From the sequence record DRR723986_5735: DNA of 35,747 nt. One strand, 5' to 3'. The notes under the pieces are model-generated. The model had not been told where the DNA came from and did not search any database. It worked only from the letters and a program-made list of their open reading frames with translations. Positions 1-9,457 of this stretch are shown here, one piece after another. Position 1 is the stretch's first letter; each line of letters opens with the position of its first letter. A program made the position numbers and the translations under genes.

Positions 1-21
1 TGCGGCTGGATCACCTCCTTT
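1..21 (+). rRNA. rrs: 16S rRNA, 3' terminal fragment (gene continues upstream of the window)
   Basis: TGCGGCTGGATCACCTCCTTT is the universal bacterial 16S 3' end, including the anti-Shine-Dalgarno CCTCCT. Confidence 0.97.
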
Positions 22-123
22 CTAAGGAAACTTGTTACTCCAGCAGCAATGCTGGGTAACCAAAGTGGACACAACCAGGAGTCTTCGGACTCTGTGAGAG
101 CTTATCGCCAGATTTCAAATATG

Positions 124-155
124 CCCGCTGTAGGCTCGCCTACAGCGGGTTTTTT
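124..155 (+). terminator. Intrinsic terminator ending the 16S transcript
   Basis: Perfect 12-bp inverted repeat CCCGCTGTAGGC-TC-GCCTACAGCGGG followed by TTTTTT. Confidence 0.9.
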
Positions 156-491
156 CGTGCGCATTTTCATCTACTGCACCAGCCAATATCTACTGCACGT
201 AGTCAGTTGGTGTCCGATCAATGGCCACGAGATGAACAGAACGTTTGGCGACGTCATTGTTCTTGCGCGGAATCTTGGACTCAATCGAATTCAGAACACT
301 CAGAATCTTGGACTGATTAGATCCAGGCATTGTTCGCAAGCGGCGGGCAGCAGAAAGTGCCGGAGATAATGACGCAGCCAAGGGCCTTCGCGATCGCTCC
401 TTCGAGGAGTTTATCAATCGCTTGGCCCCATAGATTGTGACTGTGGTGCTTTTTTGCGGAGTTGTAGTTTGGTTGCGGTAATGGGAGCCGC

Positions 492-1493
492 TTAGTTACC
501 ACCAGCTCGATGCGGCACTGCACCTGTGGTCGGCACAACGCCCGGCCGAATTCGTGGTTTTTCAATTCTTGTTGGTGGTGCGGGCAGTCCACGAACGGTG
601 CCGAGTGTTCGAGCGGTCGACTTATTCACTTGCTGGCCAGTCGATAGAGACGCAGCCGGTGCACTAGGCCCGGGCGTCGCAACACCTTGACCACCAACAA
701 TTACGCTCGACGGCGCAGTTTCATTTCCAGCTCCAGTCGAAACAGTTTGTTGCTCGTTCCCAGTTGTTCCACCAAGAGTGAAGGACGTCGCTCGTTTTCG
801 AGTAAGGCTGGATTCTCTAGGCACGGCAATTGTCGTTGTACGAACTCCGCTTGAATTCCTCATCCGAGAATTATCCAATGCGGAAGTTGTTTCTCTTCGA
901 TAGGAAACCTGTTGCATCGCAGACTTTGGCCTCGGTAGTTCGCCGCTTTCTGCAGTTGGAGCCTTTCCTGGCAACATTAGCTTCGCCGGTGCCCCCTGAA
1001 CTACTTTCCCTTCAGCAGATTTGAACGTTGCGACTAGGCTGAGTTCTTTTCGGGTCCCTCCGGCAGCGTCCCAGGGCACCCAAATGCTGTAGCTTGCCCC
1101 CAATTCCGACGGACTAAAATGACCGGTGAGTTCTTCCTTGGAAAAACGGAAAGTCTTATCGGCCGCTGGATCTCCTTTGGCAACGTCACCCGCTTTCTCG
1201 AAACCGTGAACGACTAAGTCACCTTGGACAGGAATCGTCTGGCTTTTCTCGTTATAGAAGAAAACCCTTCCGCCGAATCCTCGCATCGGAGGCTGTCCGC
1301 TTACAGTCAACGTATCCGGCGACCAGATTACAGCCACCGATACTGGATTTTGGTACTCTTCTTCAAACCAAGTCTTGGGTGACCAGATGTTTTTCTTACC
1401 TGGCTCCGTCTTCGTGCTTAACGTACTGCACCCGGAAAAGCAGGTGGCAGTTAATGCCAAGCCAAGGGCAATCTGTTTTGCGTTCCTTCGCAT
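492..1493 (-). CDS. Conserved planctomycete-type lipoprotein downstream of the secretin gene (function unknown, pilotin-like candidate)
   Basis: 333-aa ORF with signal peptide and lipobox (LALTATCFSG|C), a beta-rich globular domain (MRGFGGRVFFY...YSIWVPWD) and a low-complexity S/T/P tail; co-oriented with the secretin. Confidence 0.8.
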   Translation of the reverse strand: MRRNAKQIALGLALTATCFSGCSTLSTKTEPGKKNIWSPKTWFEEEYQNPVSVAVIWSPDTLTVSGQPPMRGFGGRVFFYNEKSQTIPVQGDLVVHGFEKAGDVAKGDPAADKTFRFSKEELTGHFSPSELGASYSIWVPWDAAGGTRKELSLVATFKSAEGKVVQGAPAKLMLPGKAPTAESGELPRPKSAMQQVSYRRETTSALDNSRMRNSSGVRTTTIAVPRESSLTRKRATSFTLGGTTGNEQQTVSTGAGNETAPSSVIVGGQGVATPGPSAPAASLSTGQQVNKSTARTLGTVRGLPAPPTRIEKPRIRPGVVPTTGAVPHRAGGN

Positions 1494-1640
1494 GATTCAA
1501 TACCTACGGGTTGCGTTCGTGAATGTTGAAGTGGTTCAATAGTCGTTTCCGAGCAAGACAGGCGGTGGTCTTAAAATGCCTGATCTTTTTCGGTCACCAA
1601 CAAGCCGGCTCAATAACATGAGCCGCCAAGTTGTCGCTCA

Positions 1641-1663
1641 AGGCTTTTCGTCTGCAAAAGCCT
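1641..1663 (-). other. Stem-loop just downstream of the secretin stop codon
   Basis: AGGCTTTT-CGTCTGC-AAAAGCCT, an 8-bp inverted repeat with no strong U-tract; could be an mRNA-stabilising hairpin or a weak terminator. Confidence 0.4.
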
Positions 1664-1668
1664 CGAAA

Positions 1669-4600
1669 TTATCGGTTCCGAAAACTGGCTGTCTGGAACG
1701 CGGATGGCACGCTTGCGTTCGATGCCTCAGCCGGCGCGACTGGTTCGATCGGGATCGCGGGAGATTCGATAATCGTAGGTGCCGAATTCATGTTGATATC
1801 TTCCATGATCATCGGCTGTCCGAATTCTGCCTGCTGCCGTGGTACTGAACGATCGTCAATCGAGCTCGGCTGCATGTCTGGATAGATCGTTGAACTTCTC
1901 GCAGGCCCCCATAGACCATTGCCGCCCGATAGTCCGACATCACCATGAGCATTCAAGACATCTGACAGACACCAACTCATCCGCGAGCTTTCAACTTCCT
2001 TGATGATCTCATAGTCTTCATCAGTGTTGATGATCCGTGGTGTCAGCACGATCAAGAGTTCTCGTCGTTGCTCGGATTCGACATCAAATCGGAAGGCAGG
2101 TCCAATCAGTGGCAAACTGCCCAAGATTGGCACTTGAGTACGAGAGCTGGATCGCGACTTGCTGATCAACCCGCCAAACACAACGGTCTGCCCTGAATAT
2201 GCGGAAACAGTTGTATTCGCATTGGTTGTTTGAATAATGGGAGAACGAATGACTTCACCGTTCTGCCCGAATCCGATTGGAATCCCGCTGTCGGAATCAC
2301 CGATGCTCGAATTTTCAACTGCAACCTCGCAGACAATCAATCCGTCTGCATTTACACGCGGAAGAATCTGTAGGATCAATCCTACCTCCGCATCGTTGGT
2401 GATAATCTGCTGTGGGTTGAGTCCAGTGGCCTGTGAAACGGAGGTAACCCGTGGTACCAACTGCCCCACCTGAGCCGACGCGATACGGTTTTCAATCGTC
2501 GTGATTGTTGGACGGTTTAGGATCTGAGCGCGGTTAGCTGTTTGCAGCGCCCGCAGCAGAACTCCGACCGCTTCACTGGAAGCGCTGAGGATGATTCCAC
2601 CTGGCCCAGATGTGCTTGCCCGACCGACACCGAAGGAGCTAAGCACTTGTCCAGCAACGTTTTGTGTCTGTCCAGCCCCACCCGAAGGTCCTGTTATTGG
2701 ATTACCAAGATTGAATACCGAGGAGCCTAGAGTTCCACCGGTGGATGCTTGACGGTCAAACAGCAGTCCGTCCTGCAATCCCCATTCTGTACCGAGTTCG
2801 AACTGGTCGTCCAGTTGCACTTCGGCGACCAAAACTTGAATAGCAATCATTGGTGGACGGCGGTCTAGTCGCTCAACCAGACGCATAGCCTCTTCAAAAT
2901 TCTTTTCATCGGCACTGATAAGAATGCTATTCGTTGCTTCTTCAGCGACAACAAGAACCCGACGATTCGCCAGTTCAGCGGCACTAATGATCTGCTGCTG
3001 AATCAAAGACTGCTCATTCTGAAACAACTGGTCAAAATAGGTCGAAAGCGCCGCCTGAACATCAACGGCAGTGGCATTCCGCAACCACACAACCTCAGAC
3101 AGTCGCCTGTCGACGATATCTTCATCCAACCGAAGGATCAAAGCTTCGATAACCTGCAGGTCGGACTCTGAACCGCTGACGATGATGCTATTGGTTCGCC
3201 CCTCCGGTGCAATCTGGAGCTGAATTAACGAGCTCTCACCCCCGGTGGAAATATTGTTCCGAGTCGAATTATTCAGGAAGTTACCAGTTGCACTTTGGCC
3301 AGCCGTTACTGCCAAACCGAACAGCCCCTGAAGAGACGCTGCCATGGTGGTAGCGTCTCCGTTAACAAGCTGGAAGACTTTGATGCGTGCTTCAGCTCCT
3401 GGCGGCTGGTCTAATTCGCTGATCAAATTCCCAATCAGTACCATGCTCTGCGACGGAGCACGAACAATAAGTTGGTTATTGTTCACATCGGCCGAGATCA
3501 CAACACCAGCCAGAATCCCCGATTCAACTCGGTTTCCATTGACGGTGACCAGGCTAACCTTGCCACTTGGTGGAGTAGCTTGCGAGCCGTCGTCGACGGT
3601 TGTTTGGCCACCAATGATCTCTTCTAGAACTGTTTGCAGTTCTTCCGCGAGAGCATTCTTCAGCTTAAACACTTGAACGTCATTTGCCGCTGCGGCGGTT
3701 TCGACGTCCAGTTTTGCGATCAACTGCTCGACTTCAATCAGCTCTCGTGGTGAAGCTTGAACGATCAAAGAATTCGTGCGATAGTCGCCAAGAATGATGA
3801 CTCGTGTCGCAAGGCCTGGCCGCGTATCCCCACCGTCTCCATCGACTGTGAAGAAACTTCGAACGCGTTCTTCGATATCAACCGCGGATGCATGCAGTAG
3901 CGGAATGACCTTTAACTGGTTCTGAGGGTCAAGTGGAACATCGATCTTCTCAATGAGTTCCTGGACCGTTTGTACAACTTCAGCACGACCGATTAGTAGA
4001 AGAGCATTCGGCTGCACCAGCGCCGAAATGCTGATGTTGCCTTGCCGAGCGGCATAGACCTCTTCGTAGAGTTCGGAGACGAGTTGTTCTACCGCTTCGC
4101 CATTCGCGTGCTTGAGCGGGTAAACGACAATCTCGGGCTGAGTCTTCTCGGCTTGCTCCTTGATACGCTCGATAACTTCGAGCGTTCGTTTCACATCATC
4201 TTTGCTACCGCGGATGATAACCAGGTCGATCTCTTCGATGAACTCAATTTGCACGTCACCGAACAGCCCACTGCCGGCACCGAGATCGTCCAAGGTACCC
4301 ATAGCGGTGGCAGGCTCGTCGCCGTCAACGTTGACTTCCGCCTGAGCTTGGCCACCTTGTTGCTCCTGAATGGTTGCCTTGACCATTTGGAAAGCTTGCT
4401 TGACCTTGCGTGGCGCGGCCGGTGCAAGTGGGACGACGTGGGTGGATCGAATTGGATCGGCTTGCCCCTGGTCCAAAGTACGGACAACTTGGGCCCAGCC
4501 TGCAATCTCCTCGCTATCACCGATCATGTTAATCGTATTGTTGCGACGGTCGATTTGCAGAATGTCGCGGCCCCCACGACGATTGGCGATCTGCAGATTG

Positions 4601-5163
4601 ACGACTTCGCCATTGCGATCCGTCGTCAATGCCAGTTTCGAACCGCTGAGGCGGACGAGCGCGTCTTCCATCTCACGCCAGCTCAGGTTTCTGAGAGTGT
4701 ATGCGCGAGAGAAAGCCGATGCCAGGCTACCAACTTCACCGGTGGTGATGTTGTTTTGCTGCATAAGCTGCGCAAACTGCACTGAAAGTTCTTGGTGCAC
4801 CGCCGGAGGCGCCATGACCATCAACGCGCCGGAATTTGGGTCTGTCGTTACTCTGACACTTGGATTGGAGTGGTACTTGACTTGGAGCTGTGCTCCAACG
4901 CTTCCAACCAACCCCGCGGGCAAGTTGTAGGTCTTCAAGCTCGCCTGCGACGCTGGCGCCACCGTATTTCGTGCTGATTGCTCAGCGCCTGTTGGCAGTG
5001 GAGCAAACTGGGTTTGCTGGGCAGGTGCAGAGTAGGGCGAAAATCCTGGTTGCTGGCCAGTCGCGGTTGAACCAGCTGTTGAGAGGCCACCGAGTAGACT
5101 CGCGAGAAACAGCTTCCTAGCCCAATTGCGAGATGATTTGCGATTGCGAGATTTCTTGAGCAT
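1669..5163 (-). CDS. Large secretin (type II/III secretion system protein D family) with multiple Secretin_N repeats
   Basis: 1164 aa; signal peptide; repeated units such as D.RTNSLIV....EL..VEQLI.KLD; C-terminal secretin core (MIAIQVLVAEVQL, ILNRPTITT, GLILQILPRVN, SGQTVVFGGLI, VPILGSLPLIGPAFR, ELLIVLTPRII). Confidence 0.93.
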   Translation of the reverse strand: MLKKSRNRKSSRNWARKLFLASLLGGLSTAGSTATGQQPGFSPYSAPAQQTQFAPLPTGAEQSARNTVAPASQASLKTYNLPAGLVGSVGAQLQVKYHSNPSVRVTTDPNSGALMVMAPPAVHQELSVQFAQLMQQNNITTGEVGSLASAFSRAYTLRNLSWREMEDALVRLSGSKLALTTDRNGEVVNLQIANRRGGRDILQIDRRNNTINMIGDSEEIAGWAQVVRTLDQGQADPIRSTHVVPLAPAAPRKVKQAFQMVKATIQEQQGGQAQAEVNVDGDEPATAMGTLDDLGAGSGLFGDVQIEFIEEIDLVIIRGSKDDVKRTLEVIERIKEQAEKTQPEIVVYPLKHANGEAVEQLVSELYEEVYAARQGNISISALVQPNALLLIGRAEVVQTVQELIEKIDVPLDPQNQLKVIPLLHASAVDIEERVRSFFTVDGDGGDTRPGLATRVIILGDYRTNSLIVQASPRELIEVEQLIAKLDVETAAAANDVQVFKLKNALAEELQTVLEEIIGGQTTVDDGSQATPPSGKVSLVTVNGNRVESGILAGVVISADVNNNQLIVRAPSQSMVLIGNLISELDQPPGAEARIKVFQLVNGDATTMAASLQGLFGLAVTAGQSATGNFLNNSTRNNISTGGESSLIQLQIAPEGRTNSIIVSGSESDLQVIEALILRLDEDIVDRRLSEVVWLRNATAVDVQAALSTYFDQLFQNEQSLIQQQIISAAELANRRVLVVAEEATNSILISADEKNFEEAMRLVERLDRRPPMIAIQVLVAEVQLDDQFELGTEWGLQDGLLFDRQASTGGTLGSSVFNLGNPITGPSGGAGQTQNVAGQVLSSFGVGRASTSGPGGIILSASSEAVGVLLRALQTANRAQILNRPTITTIENRIASAQVGQLVPRVTSVSQATGLNPQQIITNDAEVGLILQILPRVNADGLIVCEVAVENSSIGDSDSGIPIGFGQNGEVIRSPIIQTTNANTTVSAYSGQTVVFGGLISKSRSSSRTQVPILGSLPLIGPAFRFDVESEQRRELLIVLTPRIINTDEDYEIIKEVESSRMSWCLSDVLNAHGDVGLSGGNGLWGPARSSTIYPDMQPSSIDDRSVPRQQAEFGQPMIMEDINMNSAPTIIESPAIPIEPVAPAEASNASVPSAFQTASFRNR

Positions 5164-5567
5164 CTGAGTCCCTCTGCATGCCGCACTGTGGCGAGTGCTT
5201 TGTCACACCGCGTCACCCGTGACACGGCGTCGATGTTGCATCCGATTGATAGCATCAGAGCGCTGCGGGAAGCGCTCCTCACGATTGTTTCAATCGGCAG
5301 AGGCCCTACGATCCTGTCGCAATAGTGGTCCACATAACGAACGTGTAATCTCTACTGCTGTTTGTTCTTACGCAGCCGGAACAGATTAACGCGCACGCCG
5401 AGATGAAACCGACATCGCACTTCAATAACAATTCTGCTAAACGTCAATTTCGTCGGGCACCGTTCACGTTTTGCGGCCAGTGGCATATGCGAATATGCCC
5501 CGCCGCAATGACAGTGAGACTTCATACCCGTAGATGAACACAAAAATCGTACCTGGGAGACGCCCAT

Positions 5568-6740
5568 ATGCCGCGCCAAACCAAACTGCTACGCCGGAGT
5601 GCAATTCTTGGATTGCTAGCAAGCTCAGCAGTGGCAACACCTGCCTTTGCCGACCCACCTTCGATTTTCAATATGTTTCGCAAGAAAGCTCCGGTACCAA
5701 CTGGGCCTTATGAACTGAAACCGGAGCACGGTCCGTGGCTTGTCATGGCTACGGTTGTCACCCACGGCGACCAGGTTGCCCAAGCAAAGAAGCTGGCCGA
5801 GGAGATTCGCCAGAGCCTGCGATTGCCGGCCTTTGTCATGCAGCGCGAGGGCGGCACGCCCGAACGCTTAGGCTCCGGGCAACGTGTACGCCAAGATTTC
5901 AGTGGCCAGTTCCGAACTTCAAGGGTTGAGGCGAAGTACATCCATGGCGGGGTGCAGCGTGGAGCTGCAGTTCTCGTTGGCGAGTTCGCATCGGATAAAG
6001 ATCCACGCATCGCAGAGGTGCTGAAAAAGATTCGCAGTTTCAAACCCAACACGCTGTCGCCAGTGCAGCTTGCCAGTGCAACGAGCGAGGTAAACGTGGA
6101 CGCTGCCGTTCAGTTGCACAGCTCTCGTCTACGCGCAAACTACGACAAGAGTGCAAGCATGTTGGCGCGAGCCTTTGTCACTCGAAACCCACTTCTCCCG
6201 GATGAGTACTTTCTTGAGTCGCCCGTTTTGGATGACTTTGTTGCAAACCTGAACAAAGGCGTGAAATACTCGCTGCTTGATTGCCCCGGCAAGTACACCG
6301 TTCGGGTTGCCAGCTTCACTGGGAAAGAGATTACTGGCTTCGGCAAGCCCAAGGCCAGCACAATCAAAGAAACTACTGACATCCTCGATCGCGCTGCCCT
6401 CAGGGCGCATCAACTTACTGTAAAGCTCCGCGACAAAAACGTCGAAGCTTACGAGTTTCACGACAAATACGGTAGCTATGTTTCGATTGGAAGCTTTGAC
6501 TCCATCGGACAAGAGGTCAACGGTCAGTTCCAGTACAACCCAGAGATGGCTCGAATTGCCCAGAAGTATTGTGGTTACAAGCTCGTCAACGCTCGCGACC
6601 CGCGAACCGGTGCAGTCCAACAGATGCGGACCTTGAAGGACGAAGGGAAAATCCCGTTCGATCCAGAGGGCAAGCCAATGATCATCCCCCGTCGCGCTCA
6701 ACGCGTCTACGGCGGTGCTCTACTCGGCGGCCGTCGTTAA
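5568..6740 (+). CDS. Exported conserved hypothetical protein with two possible SPOR-like repeats
   Basis: 390-aa ORF with GGGAG RBS and a signal peptide ending AFA; divergent from the secretin; repeats GPWLVMA...AKKLAEEIR...AVLVGEF and GKYTVRVASF...AHQLTVKLR...YVSIGSF. Confidence 0.8.
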   Translation: MPRQTKLLRRSAILGLLASSAVATPAFADPPSIFNMFRKKAPVPTGPYELKPEHGPWLVMATVVTHGDQVAQAKKLAEEIRQSLRLPAFVMQREGGTPERLGSGQRVRQDFSGQFRTSRVEAKYIHGGVQRGAAVLVGEFASDKDPRIAEVLKKIRSFKPNTLSPVQLASATSEVNVDAAVQLHSSRLRANYDKSASMLARAFVTRNPLLPDEYFLESPVLDDFVANLNKGVKYSLLDCPGKYTVRVASFTGKEITGFGKPKASTIKETTDILDRAALRAHQLTVKLRDKNVEAYEFHDKYGSYVSIGSFDSIGQEVNGQFQYNPEMARIAQKYCGYKLVNARDPRTGAVQQMRTLKDEGKIPFDPEGKPMIIPRRAQRVYGGALLGGRR

Positions 6741-6864
6741 GTCGTTCAGAGTGCTTGCCCAGCGCCCAGCTATTCGTTGGGGCTGGCAATCACATGATGA
6801 ACAGAGACATACGTCGGTGCGATTCGTAACGACTCTACATTTCGTCTGGACCGCTACTCCGGAA

Positions 6865-8028
6865 ATGTCGCAACTACCCTGCAAATATCCAGGCCGCCCG
6901 TGTGCAGTCATGTTGCTTGCAATCATTGCTGCAAGTACTGGTTGCTCACGTCTTGCCCCAATTCATGTTTGGCAACCGGCTGGCAATCCGGTGTCAGCCT
7001 CGGCGCGACTCGCTATCGGGCCAGTATCCGGTTCCCCTGGAGTCGGTGCTCCTGAAATTGGCGCGCGGTTGGAAGAAGAACTATTCCAGCAGCGACCTGC
7101 AGCCCGCGCCGACATTGCCATGATCGCACCGGATCAACTGCTACATGTCAGCCCAATGCGACTCGCTTCCACTGCGGCGCTGTCACATGATGCCGTAGCC
7201 CTTCAAGCGGCTCGAAAAGCCCACGCAGAGCTGCTCTTGCAAGGACAGATTCTCTCGGCGGATATCCCGAGTGCGGAGCCAACGCAACAGGACAATGGGC
7301 CAGTCAACTACAACCAACTGTACTTTGCTCCTCCACAAGAAGATGTACCCGAACAGTCAATCGTGGTCTCATGGAGGATAATCGACGTCGCGACCGGAAA
7401 GACGATCGGCACGCATAACGTTAACCTGCTGCGATCGGAAGCAATCGCGAAGTATCCAGATCTGGCCGCGGTCGAGCAATCCGGGCGTAACGCTTTGCTC
7501 GCTTCTGTCGCACGAGAAACCTGGAATTCGCTCGCTCCGGCGGTGTTGGAAGACCAAGTCGAACTTGCCAGTGCAGTTGGACAACCTGGAGCGATTAGCA
7601 TCGCGATCGGAAACCGCGTTGCACGCCGCGGCAACTGGGCAGCCGCACAAAAACACTGGGAACGAGCAACGCGATGGTTCCCATACAGCTCGGCAGCACA
7701 ACACAATCTAGCCCTTGCCCGAGTCGCCCAGGAAGACTTCGAAGGAGCCCGCGAAGCAATGAGCCGCTCTAACGGCCTCTTCTCCTACTCCGTGCCCGAC
7801 GACTCTTTATTCTGGCTCGATCAGACCCACCGAAACTACGTCGAAGCGCACAGACTTCCCGCCCCAGACGAAGGTTTCCTATTCGAAAGCCCAACATCAA
7901 CGGTTCAAGATGCGGAATTCGTGGAGCCAGTCAGCATTGATGAATTGCCGTGGTGGACTGCAATTCCATTTGCGAAGCCACCGGGCTGGACCTGGAAAGA
8001 CTGGTTGACGCAACCGGTTGTATTCTGA
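6865..8028 (+). CDS. Lipoprotein with a CsgG/TolB-N-like domain and C-terminal TPRs
   Basis: ATG 6865 preferred over 6715, which would overlap the upstream gene; lipobox ASTG|C; ALQAARKAHAELLLQGQI and VSWRIIDVATGKTI resemble the CsgG-like fold; TPR GNWAAAQKHWERA...SAAQHNLALA. Confidence 0.72.
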   Translation: MSQLPCKYPGRPCAVMLLAIIAASTGCSRLAPIHVWQPAGNPVSASARLAIGPVSGSPGVGAPEIGARLEEELFQQRPAARADIAMIAPDQLLHVSPMRLASTAALSHDAVALQAARKAHAELLLQGQILSADIPSAEPTQQDNGPVNYNQLYFAPPQEDVPEQSIVVSWRIIDVATGKTIGTHNVNLLRSEAIAKYPDLAAVEQSGRNALLASVARETWNSLAPAVLEDQVELASAVGQPGAISIAIGNRVARRGNWAAAQKHWERATRWFPYSSAAQHNLALARVAQEDFEGAREAMSRSNGLFSYSVPDDSLFWLDQTHRNYVEAHRLPAPDEGFLFESPTSTVQDAEFVEPVSIDELPWWTAIPFAKPPGWTWKDWLTQPVVF

Positions 8029-8127
8029 TGATAGTGCATAGTTGCATGTATTCTCAGCACCAGCAATCTGTGGAACTTTCGTAGATTTTGCGAGCCGCGG
8101 CCCACTCCTAGTCCCATCGGTGACACT

Positions 8128-9237
8128 GTGCTCAATCCGTTCGAACCACCTCAATCGGACTCGCCCCTTATCGGTACGCGAGATGTCGATTACGAAGTGA
8201 ACATTCGCCCCTACGATCTACGGTGCCGCCCACCGCTCTTTGTTCGTATCGTTTTGATTGCCTGCCTTGGCATGTCAATCTATTCCGCCGTCGTCGTGCT
8301 GCCTCGCTTAAACTCTATGTCCATCTCGACTCTGGTGTTTGCGGGGATGGGACTAGTGTTTACAGCGTGTATCGCGAGAATAACTTATCGATACGCTGGA
8401 CCTGGATTTGCCAAAGCTCGAATCGCAGTTAGTCCATCTTTGCTTGGACTACAACGCGGCACGCTTAGTAATCAATGGGTTACACGCGAGAACGAGGGCG
8501 GAAAAACTCGATATCGCTCAAGCTACTGTTCTTACGCTGCCATGCGGGGCGACGTACTAGAGCTCTCCTTTGATCGCGTAGGACTTGCGCTGCATGTCAT
8601 CCCCGGTCGGTGCATTTCACCCGAGGATATGCAGGCGCTGCGCAAGACGTTCCGTAGCTACCAAATCGAAAGCAAACAATACCGAACGGCCCTTGGAGAC
8701 CGCCGTAATCTTGAGGAGAATTGCGTTGAACCCGAGGGTGATGACGAGCTTGACAATGGCTCCGAACAAAGCGTTGAATTCTCGGGTGTCATCACTTCCG
8801 CGGACACAGGAAATCTGAGCAATCAAATACGGCGTGCCCAGCGAAAGATCTTACTCCTTATCGCTGGATTCTCGATATTCGCCATTGGAGTCGGCTTAAC
8901 GGTCGGCATGCTCATGTTCTGCTTTGCTGCAGCTCTAATCGTTGGAATAATCCTGTTGCGACGTTTGCTGATCATCCGCCGGTTCAGCAGCTCATCGGGG
9001 CACCCAATTACGAAGTTTCGTGGGAAGATTTCGCCCACTCACCTGACCGTAGCAACTCCAGGTTGTTGGTCTCAATCACCACTCGGAAAGTTCTCGTTTG
9101 CTGGGTCATCTGGCGATGTGCTGGCTCTAAACGTCCAAGGCAACAGCGGAGCGATGATCCTAATTCCACGACGCTTTTTCGATAGTGAAAGTGACTGGCA
9201 AACTGCTCTATCCCTTGCTGAATCAGGCTGCATTTGA
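8128..9237 (+). CDS. Membrane protein with two tandem YcxB-like units
   Basis: N-terminal NPFEPP motif; two repeats of a TM hairpin followed by a small beta domain ending LHVIPGRCIS and MILIPRRFFDSESDW. Confidence 0.72.
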   Translation: MLNPFEPPQSDSPLIGTRDVDYEVNIRPYDLRCRPPLFVRIVLIACLGMSIYSAVVVLPRLNSMSISTLVFAGMGLVFTACIARITYRYAGPGFAKARIAVSPSLLGLQRGTLSNQWVTRENEGGKTRYRSSYCSYAAMRGDVLELSFDRVGLALHVIPGRCISPEDMQALRKTFRSYQIESKQYRTALGDRRNLEENCVEPEGDDELDNGSEQSVEFSGVITSADTGNLSNQIRRAQRKILLLIAGFSIFAIGVGLTVGMLMFCFAAALIVGIILLRRLLIIRRFSSSSGHPITKFRGKISPTHLTVATPGCWSQSPLGKFSFAGSSGDVLALNVQGNSGAMILIPRRFFDSESDWQTALSLAESGCI

Positions 9238-9457
9238 ACACTCGTCGGTCAACTGTAGTGTCGTCAATCTTCTCGGCGTTCGGCGCTCCGAAAGTGTGAC
9301 GACCAAGACTCGGGTAAATATGGTCATTGCCCGACCCGCGATCAGCTCTCTGTCTGTGGAAACTTACCCTTCTATAGCTTACGATACGGTAACGCTTTTC
9401 ATTCAGTGTCGTTCACTCGAACCGCACTCAAATTATGGCACTTCACCACAAGTTGCT

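Noticed and set aside
49-369. 106-aa plus-strand ORF
   Set aside because: Runs through the rRNA trailer hairpins and terminator; no recognisable motifs.
4042-4930. Long plus-strand ORFs (247 and 186 aa)
   Set aside because: Antisense shadows of the secretin gene with no protein-like features.
9185-9457. N-terminal extension of the TPR ORF
   Set aside because: Overlaps the upstream gene and precedes the lipoprotein signal peptide; ATG 9458 is more plausible.
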